Shown: positions 28,111-35,187, counted from the first letter of the stretch. The stretch is DNA of 35,187 nucleotides from Candidatus Binatia bacterium (GCA_038245295.1 JBBRSP010000044.1:1-35187); one strand, 5' to 3'. Numbers and translations: made by a program. Notes: generated by a model not told the origin, from the letters alone.

Positions 28111-28168
28111 TCCACCACAGACCGAGCTCGCGCCAATCCCTCTGCGAGCTCAACGCCTCTGCGGTGGA
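28111..28168. repeat. Degenerate palindrome (ACCGCAGAG/CTCTGCGGT-like) just upstream of the tRNA
   Basis: tccaccacaga..gagctcgc ... gcgagctc..ctctgcggtgga. Confidence 0.5.
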
Positions 28169-28173
28169 AATAT

Positions 28174-28254
28174 GCGAGGGTGGCGGAATGGCAGACGCGC
28201 CAGTTTGAGGGACTGGTGGGTAACACCGTGGGGGTTCAAGTCCCCCTCCTCGCA
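28174..28254 (+). tRNA. tRNA-Leu(GAG), CCA not encoded
   Basis: Acceptor GCGAGGG/TCCTCGC plus discriminator A, D-arm GGCGGAATGGCAGACGC, anticodon arm CCAGT-TTGAGGG-ACTGG, long variable arm, T-arm GGGGGTTCAAGTCCCCC. Followed by TCA. Confidence 0.97.
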
Positions 28255-28354
28255 TCATCCTCAGCCTCAGCCTCAGCCTACGCCCTTGCCTAAGCCTTTG
28301 ACGGCTGATGCTGAGGAAGGCTCGGGCAGAGGCATAGGCTCAGGCATGAGCTGA

Positions 28355-28738
28355 TCAGTCACTCGCTGTCTGCTCGAGGCACTGCCGCTCGCAGTGCTTA
28401 ACCAACCCAATCAACATCGCGACGATCATGCGCAGTTGCTCTCTGCCAATCTCGAGCTTGGCTTGCTCAACCAGTTCCAGTTCACGGAGGATGTCGAGGA
28501 TCCCGGCGCACTCCGTCGCTGAACGTCTCGCGATCCGATAGAACCTCGCCTTCTCTCGCTTGGAGAATTCTCCCGCTCCTTCGGCAATGTTGACCACGAT
28601 GGATGCCGAGGCGCGATCCATTTGGTCGGCGAGCCCGCCGCGCCGCCGCAGGATCTGCGGGCGAACCTGGTCGGCGAACTTCACAAACTGCAGGCCGCGT
28701 CGATACACTTCCATTCGTTCGTGATCAAAATCTCGCAT
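28355..28738 (-). CDS. Four helix bundle protein (23S rRNA IVP-like family), copy 1
   Basis: FDHERMEVY, LADQMDRASASIVVNIAEG, RFYRIARRSATEC and IVAMLIGL are typical of this family. Confidence 0.9.
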   Translation of the reverse strand: MRDFDHERMEVYRRGLQFVKFADQVRPQILRRRGGLADQMDRASASIVVNIAEGAGEFSKREKARFYRIARRSATECAGILDILRELELVEQAKLEIGREQLRMIVAMLIGLVKHCERQCLEQTASD

Positions 28739-28878
28739 CCGTGAAGTTTGGCGCGTTCCAGTGATCGATCAATGACTGCACGGCAGTCAGCCTCAGCCGA
28801 AGCCTTGCCTCCGCCTTTGACGGCTGAGGCTGAAGGCTGGGGCAAAGGCAGGGGCCCAGGCAAAGCCATGATTTCTGC

Positions 28879-28891
28879 CAACGTCTTGATA
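28879..28891 (-). promoter_or_regulatory. IHF consensus site
   Basis: Minus strand TATCAAGACGTTG is an exact WATCAANNNNTTR match. The copy 2 counterpart at 34503-34515 has 1 mismatch. Confidence 0.5.
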
Positions 28892-29401
28892 ACTTCCTCT
28901 CCCGCATCCACGGCGCCGCCCCTCCGACGCACCAGGAGCCCCAGGATCGCTTCCCAAGCCCTGGGATGACCTCCCCTACGCACGCAAACTCAACGTTTTT
29001 CAGCAATCTCAGGATGGAACCCCTGAAAACAAAGGAGTTTCTCAGCATCAAGCGTGCGCGCCGGTAGTGATTTGCGGTTCCCAACGATCCACCCGTCGAA
29101 CGCGTCCGAGAATCGTTAGGCAAGCTCGACTCAGCGCTGGCGCGGTGAACGGGGAAGAGACGCGGGGGGAAGAGACGGGACATCCACTCCCCATCGCTCG
29201 CCGAACGTCAGGAACGTTAGTGATTTGACGGTCATCGATCGGGGCTGGTTGGCTGTGGTTGGCCGACGCCGTCGACCGGTGGATGTCCTGCCAATCAACT
29301 CGGAACATGCTCAACCAACATCGAGGTCAAGAACAGCTCGGGACCGGGATCCTTCTCCAGAACGGCTCCAACATCGATCTAGTTGCCCGGTGTTGCGCCG
29401 A

Positions 29402-29430
29402 TTGACGGGGTCTATCCCTTCTGTCAGGCT
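29402..29430 (+). promoter_or_regulatory. Candidate sigma70 promoter for the cargo operon
   Basis: TTGACG-N17-CAGGCT with TGn before the -10, 56 nt upstream of ATG 29487. Confidence 0.35.
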
Positions 29431-29486
29431 TCGCCGGCTCATCGCGACCGGGCGACGTCGCAGCAGCAGAACGGGGGCGGGGCCTC

Positions 29487-32400
29487 ATGGATAATCCGAA
29501 AAGGCGACCGGCTTGGCGAGGAACAGCGCTCGCTTCTGTTGTTGCCGCTCTGATGATCGCTGCTGCACCCGCCAGCGCGACGCATTTCAATGGTGCTTCT
29601 ATCAGTTGGTACAGGGACGTGTCCTACACCGTCCCCAATATGATCCGCATCGTGGTCACCTACGATTCCACTTGGCGCTGGTCGTACTCCGCCTTTACCC
29701 CTACCTTTCCAAGCGTCGGCCAGACCTTCAGCGGAATCGGAGGCCTGGCGACCTACGATCTCAACGGGACACAAGTGGGGTCCGTGCAACTCACCCCAAC
29801 CGTACTCTACGTCGATGCAGCGGAAGACCGCTTCTACGCGCGCAGCGTCGTGACTCTGGACCTCCCGGCTTCAGGCTTCCCTTACACGGTCCAACAAACC
29901 GGCGGCAATCGGCTGAGCAGCCTAGAAGAGGGGAATCACGACACTTCGTGGCTGCAGCAAACCACCATCAACTTGCCCTCTGGCCCGCCAACCAATCCGC
30001 TCCGCTCCGCGGCTCTCACCGTGCCCTATCCGCAACGCATTCACTTGCCGGTGAACACGCCGGCATCCATACTCCTGCCGATCAAACCTCACGACAACCT
30101 GGTCGATGTCGTGCGCTTTGCGCCATCACTCAACTCTCTCCTGGTTCAAACGCGTCCCATGTCGCTGGCGTCGGGGTACTGCCCGTACGCAAGCGGGTGC
30201 ACGGATTGCAACACCAGCTTCACCGGCTCGTGCAGTGGCGGCATGACCATCACCGGGCAAAGACTCAATTGGACCCCGACCCGCACGTCGGCTCAGTTTC
30301 CCACGGCGGGCTTTGGGCTCTACGCTGTGCAGTTCACGTTCGACAGTATTGATTTTAACGGGATATCGAGGGCGACTGCGCCGTTCGACATCGTCTTCGA
30401 GGTAGAAAACCAGTGTCCGACCGGTTCGCCGTGCCGCACTCCCGCCAGTGTCTCGGTAGCGGTACAGCCGACTTACTCGGTGGTGTCGGGAAACACTCTC
30501 GAGATTCCAATCACCGCAAGCTCCAGCGATACGACGGTCAATCTCCTGAATACGACTCTGCCAGGCAGCGCCACCTTGAGTCCGCTCACCGGCTCCGCAC
30601 CGCTCAGCTCAACCCTCACCTATACTCCTCAAGCATCGGAGGCCGGCGTTCACCAGGTATGCTTCCAGGCGATCACCAACGGCGGCGACCTCAGCAGCAT
30701 CCAGTGCACCGATATCTCGGTGGTTGCCGCGGCAACCCCGACACCGACTGTAACTCCGACGATGACCAACTCACCCACGCCCGGGAATTTCTGGTCGGCC
30801 CTTCCCACCATTGCCCTGGCGCGGACTTCTCACACCGCGACCACCTTGGCCAACGGTAAGGTTTTGATTGCGGGTGGCCAGGACAGTAATTCGTATCCGA
30901 CCGCGGCTGCGCTCTATGATCCCTCTACCAATAGTTGGAGTGCCGCAGGGGTCCTGGCCACCGGCCGCAACGGCCACACGGCCACCCTGTTGAACGACGG
31001 TAAGGTTCTCGTTGTCGGCGGCCGCGGGGCGGCCGGCTTCCTCAACACTGTCGAGCTATACGACCCGATTACCAACAGTTGGAGTCCCGCGGCCCCCATC
31101 GGCACCCCGCGCGATTTCCACCGGGCAGTCCTGCTGGCGAGCGGCAAACTGCTGATCACCGGCGGGCGTAACTCGTCCGGTGTGGCCCTGAAAAATGCCG
31201 AATTGTACGATGCGGTGGCCAACAGCTGGAGCGCTGCGACCGACATGAACTTCGCCCACTTTAGCCATAGCGCCACACTCTTCGCTGACGGCAAGGTGTT
31301 GGTGGCGGGTGGCCACAACACCTATCGCAATGCCGAGCTCTACGACCCCATTGCGAATAGTTGGAGCGATGCCGGTCAGATGATCAACGGGCGAAGGGAA
31401 CACACCGCAACGCTGATCGGCGGTGGCAAAGTTCTGGTCGTCGGTGGCGCGAATCTCACCACTATCGGGTTGGACAGCGCCGAATTGTACGACCCGCTCG
31501 CCAATAGTTGGAGCGCCGCCGCCACAATGCCCGAGCCGCGCGATCTCCACACCGCCACGCTGTTGGGGAATGGCAAGGTACTGGTCGTCGGCGGCTATAC
31601 CCCCACGCAGTATCCAACGAGCTCCCTGCTCTATGATCCGTGGCACGATACCTGGACTGGCGATGCGCCGTTGATCCCTGGCCGCGTCGCCCACACCGCG
31701 ACCTTGATCGCGTTCGATAAAATCCTGGTTGTCGGCGGCAACAACAACGGTCTGCTGAATGACGCGAATCAATACACTTCGATCTTCAACGACCCGACTC
31801 CGACCGCGACACTGCCACCTACCCAGACGGCGACGGTAGCGCCGACTCAAACCCCGCCCCCGACCCAGACCGAGACCCCGACTCAAACTCCAACGCAAAC
31901 TCCGACCGAAACGCCGACCGAAACAGTGGCCGCGGTGGCGACGCAGACTCCGACCGGTATCGCTACGAATACTGTAACCAACACGGCGACGGTCACCCCA
32001 ACCAACACAACAGCGGCCACCCCGACCGGTACGGCGACGCAGTCGGCAACCCTGCCCCCGACTGTCAGCCCAACCGCCACCGCGGCAAGTGCTTTCGTTC
32101 CACCGGATGCAGCCACGGGGAAATGCGAGAAGTCGGTGGCGGCTTTGCGCAGCAAGCTCTTTGCGTGCACGACCAAGTGCAAGACGAAGCAAGCCGCCGC
32201 GGCACTCGACGGCAAATCGTTCGACATCACCGCGTGCGAGCAAGCAGCGGAGAAGTCCTGTCGCGCCTCGTTCGATGCCAAAGGCGCCAAGTTGCTCGCC
32301 AAGGTGCCGGCTCTCTGCCCGGCCTGCCGGAACGCAAGCGCACAAGACGAGGTTGCTGATCTCGTGTCGGCTTTCCTGTCGAGCAACAATGGCCTCATCT

Positions 32401-32768
32401 ACTGCGCCGGGACGACGAGCTTCGGCGGCGGCAATAGCGGCTTCATTCCTCCGGATGCGAACACGGCGAAATGCGCCAGCAGGGTCATCGCTAAACTCAA
32501 GAAGCTGTCGTCGTGCGTCGACAAGTGCGAGATCAAGCGCGCCAACGCCGCATTCAAGGGCAAGAGTTTCGACGCCGCCGGGTGCAAACAGACCGGCTGT
32601 CGCGCCCGCTACGACGGCAAGGTCGCCAAGTTGCTGGCGCAGCTCCCAGCTCTCTGCCCGCCTTGTTTCGACGCCAGCGCACAGAGCAACGTCGCTGATC
32701 TCGTCGTCGGGTTCAGTGAGGCCAGCGCCGCTCAGATCTACTGCGCCGGGACAACACCGTTGCCGTGA
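29487..32768 (+). CDS. Large secreted protein: N-terminal domain, 7 Kelch repeats, Thr/Pro linker, two Cys-rich C-terminal repeats
   Basis: Signal peptide (..APASA|THF), seven xxxH.A.LL..GKVL..GG blades, a TPT-rich linker, and a duplicated F[VI]PPDA...IYCAGTT domain with 8 Cys each. Confidence 0.9.
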   Translation: MDNPKRRPAWRGTALASVVAALMIAAAPASATHFNGASISWYRDVSYTVPNMIRIVVTYDSTWRWSYSAFTPTFPSVGQTFSGIGGLATYDLNGTQVGSVQLTPTVLYVDAAEDRFYARSVVTLDLPASGFPYTVQQTGGNRLSSLEEGNHDTSWLQQTTINLPSGPPTNPLRSAALTVPYPQRIHLPVNTPASILLPIKPHDNLVDVVRFAPSLNSLLVQTRPMSLASGYCPYASGCTDCNTSFTGSCSGGMTITGQRLNWTPTRTSAQFPTAGFGLYAVQFTFDSIDFNGISRATAPFDIVFEVENQCPTGSPCRTPASVSVAVQPTYSVVSGNTLEIPITASSSDTTVNLLNTTLPGSATLSPLTGSAPLSSTLTYTPQASEAGVHQVCFQAITNGGDLSSIQCTDISVVAAATPTPTVTPTMTNSPTPGNFWSALPTIALARTSHTATTLANGKVLIAGGQDSNSYPTAAALYDPSTNSWSAAGVLATGRNGHTATLLNDGKVLVVGGRGAAGFLNTVELYDPITNSWSPAAPIGTPRDFHRAVLLASGKLLITGGRNSSGVALKNAELYDAVANSWSAATDMNFAHFSHSATLFADGKVLVAGGHNTYRNAELYDPIANSWSDAGQMINGRREHTATLIGGGKVLVVGGANLTTIGLDSAELYDPLANSWSAAATMPEPRDLHTATLLGNGKVLVVGGYTPTQYPTSSLLYDPWHDTWTGDAPLIPGRVAHTATLIAFDKILVVGGNNNGLLNDANQYTSIFNDPTPTATLPPTQTATVAPTQTPPPTQTETPTQTPTQTPTETPTETVAAVATQTPTGIATNTVTNTATVTPTNTTAATPTGTATQSATLPPTVSPTATAASAFVPPDAATGKCEKSVAALRSKLFACTTKCKTKQAAAALDGKSFDITACEQAAEKSCRASFDAKGAKLLAKVPALCPACRNASAQDEVADLVSAFLSSNNGLIYCAGTTSFGGGNSGFIPPDANTAKCASRVIAKLKKLSSCVDKCEIKRANAAFKGKSFDAAGCKQTGCRARYDGKVAKLLAQLPALCPPCFDASAQSNVADLVVGFSEASAAQIYCAGTTPLP

Positions 32769-33676
32769 TCGCGTGCCGGCTATTGGCGATCCCGATCCTG
32801 GCGCTGATCGCGGCGTGCGACCAGCGCCAGGCGTCACCGCCGTCATCCGCGGTTGGTGCGCGTCTGTCGCCCACCTCGGTGCGGATGTCCATGGACGCAT
32901 TACACCAGCTCGGCGGAGTTCCGCCCGGTTGGCAGGTGAGTCCGTTGCAGGGCGATGTCGCCGCCGGACGCCGCAGTTTCAAGGATCTCGGTTGTGCTTC
33001 CTGCCACAAGGTGGCCGGCGAAAAATTTTCCGAATCCCCGCCCACTGGTCCCGGGCCCGAGCTCACAGGCATGGGTGCGCATCACCCGGCGGCCTACTTT
33101 CTCGAATCGATCATCAACCCCAACGCCATCGTCGTCGACGGCCCGGGATGGATCACCGAGCAGGGGCAGTCGATGATGCCCGTCTATCCGGACCTCACCG
33201 TGACGCAGCTCGAAGACCTGGTCGCCTACCTCATATCGCTTACGTCCGGTGACCCGCATGCCGGGCACTCCATGCCGCCGGCGGCCAACCCGGGAGAAGG
33301 TAGCATCGAGCGCCCGCTACCTCCCGCGACCCAGGCCAGCGCCTTCCTGACTCAGCGCTACGAGGTCTTGCCTGGGCGGGTCCAGGCGTTTGAGGCGTGG
33401 TTCCGCGACGAGGGCGCGCGACGCCTGCTCGCCGTCGACGGATTGCTGACGATCGAAACCTTCGTCGATGCGACACGCGGCTCGCCCTCGGTGACCACTG
33501 TATGGGGCTTCCGCGACAACGCCGCGCTACTCGCCTTTGTGAATTCAAACGATGCTGCCACCATTGCTCTCGGCACCGAATTCGACCGGTTCATTACCCC
33601 GCACGACCACAAGGTCTTCCGCACTCCGCCCGTCTACCGAGCCGAGGACCTGTCGCGTCAAAGAGTTTCTCGGTAG
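32765..33676 (+). CDS. Lipoprotein monoheme cytochrome c fused to a C-terminal alpha/beta domain
   Basis: Lipobox LIAAC, heme motif CASCH, GPGPEL, ESIINP and a SMMP axial-Met candidate. GTGA overlap with the upstream stop. Confidence 0.85.
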   Translation: MIACRLLAIPILALIAACDQRQASPPSSAVGARLSPTSVRMSMDALHQLGGVPPGWQVSPLQGDVAAGRRSFKDLGCASCHKVAGEKFSESPPTGPGPELTGMGAHHPAAYFLESIINPNAIVVDGPGWITEQGQSMMPVYPDLTVTQLEDLVAYLISLTSGDPHAGHSMPPAANPGEGSIERPLPPATQASAFLTQRYEVLPGRVQAFEAWFRDEGARRLLAVDGLLTIETFVDATRGSPSVTTVWGFRDNAALLAFVNSNDAATIALGTEFDRFITPHDHKVFRTPPVYRAEDLSRQRVSR

Positions 33677-33767
33677 TCGCACTCACAGCGGTTTCCCCGA
33701 CCAATCGTCGCCATTGATGGTTGGCGTTGTTGTGCCCAAGGTGCGGGAGTTTGAGGATCTCAGTTCT

Positions 33768-33861
33768 GGTTGCCCCCCGGGGGGCCAACCTACGCCACGC
33801 AGTGCCACACGGTGCAACACTGCCCCAAGAAAAGCGTAGTCATTTCAACTTTTTCTTGGGG
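33768..33861. other. attP-arm-like segment: palindrome, three 10-bp direct repeats, inverted repeat
   Basis: ggttgccccccggggggccaacc; tacgccacgc/agtgccacac/ggtgcaacac; ccccaagaaaa...ttttcttgggg abutting the tRNA fragment. Confidence 0.5.
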
Positions 33862-34744
33862 TTCCCCCCTCCTCGCATCATCCTCAGCCTCAGCCTACGC
33901 CCTTGCCTACGCCTTTGACGGCTGAGTCTGAGGAAAGGCTTGGGCAGAGGCATAGGCTAAGGCATGAGCTGGTCAGTCACTCGAGGGCTGCTCGCGGCAC
34001 TGCCGCTCGCAGTGCTTCACCAACCCAATCAACATCGCGACGATCATGCGCAGTTGCTCTTTACCAATCTCGAGCTTGGCTTGCTCGACCAGGCCCAGTT
34101 CACGGAGGATGTCTAGAATCCCGGCGCACTCCGTCGCCGAACGTCTCGCGATCCGATAGAACCGCGCCTTCTCGCGCTTGGCGAATTCTCCCGCTCCCTC
34201 GGCGATGTTCAGTACAATGGAGGCAGAGGCACGATCCATCTGATTGGCGAGCCCACCGCGTCGGCGCAGGATCTGCGGGCGGATCTGGTCGGCGAACGTC
34301 ACAAACTGTAGCGCACGTCGATACACTTCCATTCGTTCGTGATCGAAATCTCGCATGACTGGACCTTGGCTCGTTCGAGCCCCCGATCAATGACTGCACG
34401 GCAGCCATCCTCAGCCTCAGCCTCCGCCCTTGCCTAAGCCTGTGACGGCTGAGTCTGAGGAAGGCTTAGGCAAAATGGCAGAGGCTAAGGCAAAGCGATG
34501 GCCCACGTCTTGATAACTTCCGTTTCCGCCTCCGCGGCGCCGCTCCTCCAACGCACCAGGAAGCCCCAGGATCGCTTCCCAGGCCTCAGGATGACTTACC
34601 CTACGTACGCACACTCAACGTTTTTCGGCGACTCCCGGATGGGACCATTGAAAACAAAGGGGTTTCTCAGCGACAAACGAGGGCGCCGGCAGTGATTTGC
34701 GGTTCCCGTCGCTCCAGTCGTCGAACACGTCCGAGAATCGTCAG
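33858..34744. repeat. Module copy 2, starting with the duplicated tRNA-Leu 3' end (attR-like)
   Basis: ggggttc-ccccctcctcgcatcatcctcagcctcagcc matches the tRNA 3' end and its downstream sequence. The rest is colinear with 28231-29119. Confidence 0.95.
33973..34356 (-). CDS. Four helix bundle protein, copy 2
   Basis: 127 aa, with 11 substitutions versus copy 1 (~91% identity) by manual comparison. Confidence 0.9.
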   Translation of the reverse strand: MRDFDHERMEVYRRALQFVTFADQIRPQILRRRGGLANQMDRASASIVLNIAEGAGEFAKREKARFYRIARRSATECAGILDILRELGLVEQAKLEIGKEQLRMIVAMLIGLVKHCERQCREQPSSD

Positions 34745-35059
34745 AACAGCGCGCACCCCACCGACGCGCTGAATACTCACCATCCCCCAAGAGGCAGTCA
34801 GTAGAGTCCACCGGCTGCGCTCGTTCTCGCCCTGCCCCGCGGCCGGGCTCCCCTCCGGTCCGTCAGCGAAGGAGGGATGCGATCCCGACATCCCATCGGC
34901 GCCGATCGCCCCGCCACGAAGCGAGGACGAATGGATCACCCCGATCCAAGAGACCGTTTATTCTCACCGACCGGCGACAGTCGCTTCGCGGGAAGGCCGC
35001 AAAAAGGGACATAGAGGTTATTCGGGTGATTCCAGACGAATCGCGCGAATCGCCGCTAC

Positions 35060-35187
35060 GAGCTTGTGAAAAAATCGCCTCCTTCCACGAGAACCATGCG
35101 ATACACATCGTGACGCGATGGGTTGTGGCGGGAGGTGACGAGGATGGGGCAGAGCGGAGCGCGGGTGGTCGAGGCAGATCGGAGTCA
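35060..35187 (+). mobile_element. Possible left end of an IS1182-like element (truncated by the window)
   Basis: gagcttgtgaaaaaatc resembles an IS terminus. RBS ggaggt precedes ATG 35144, giving MGQSGARVVEADRS(Q), reminiscent of IS1182-family transposase N-termini (from memory). Only 14 codons are visible. Confidence 0.35.

Larger units (their letters stand above)
28231..29119. repeat. Module copy 1 (tRNA 3' end + hairpin + four-helix-bundle gene + hairpin + conserved non-coding arm)
   Basis: Colinear and similar to 33858-34744 throughout, ending at gtccgagaatcgt in both copies. Confidence 0.95.
28231..33877. mobile_element. Putative integrase-less islet integrated at the tRNA-Leu 3' end
   Basis: Bounded by the tRNA 3' end and a copy of it at 33858-33877, 5623 bp away. 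It carries accessory cargo and no recombinase ORF. Confidence 0.6.

Noticed and set aside
28769..28800. Sigma54 promoter at the TGCA motif upstream of the four-helix genes
   Set aside because: GG-to-GC spacing is 11 nt rather than the required 10, and there is no TGGCAC.
28231..33877. Prophage or classical integron
   Set aside because: No phage structural or replication genes, no intI and no recognisable attC structure.
33858..33880. Second tRNA gene
   Set aside because: Only the T-stem and 3' acceptor strand are present. There is no D or anticodon arm.
28355..34356. Diversity-generating retroelement (four-helix bundle resembles Avd, and a long repeat is present)
   Set aside because: No reverse transcriptase in the window, and differences between the repeat copies are not adenine-specific as in a TR/VR pair.
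28258..34496. CRISPR array from the recurring gcctcagcc repeats
   Set aside because: The units are degenerate hexamers forming hairpins, not identical repeats with regular unique spacers. No cas genes.
34667..35108. Short minus-strand ORFs after module 2
   Set aside because: No recognisable motifs and partial overlap with the conserved non-coding arm. Cannot be supported as genes.

Overview
High-GC bacterial chromosomal segment. Gene order and the Cys-rich C-terminal repeat of the large secreted protein suggest a deltaproteobacterium-like lineage, possibly Ca. Binatia; this is an inference. Bases 1-28254 are mostly housekeeping or metabolic genes: alpha/beta hydrolase, GNAT, DEAD-box helicase plus RRM protein, HAD hydrolase, sugar dehydrogenase, CCA-adding enzyme, a MacB/FtsX-type ABC pair, an orphan CbbQ/NorQ + NorD/CbbO pair, a DUF4326 fusion, rluD-ribF, the tol-pal operon and gap-pgk-tpiA-secG-tRNA-Leu(GAG). 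Many intergenic gaps hold REP/MITE-like palindromes of different families. The most notable part starts at the tRNA-Leu 3' end. A ~0.9 kb module (tRNA 3' end, hexamer-repeat hairpin, four-helix-bundle gene, second hairpin, IHF-consensus site, conserved non-coding arm) occurs twice, 5623 bp apart. The two copies bracket a cargo operon (secreted Kelch protein plus lipoprotein cytochrome c) and an attP-arm-like segment, and no integrase is present. This looks like tandem, integrase-less islets stacked at the tRNA. An 'empty' copy of the hairpin arms lies between pgk and tpiA. The window ends in what may be the start of an IS1182-like element.
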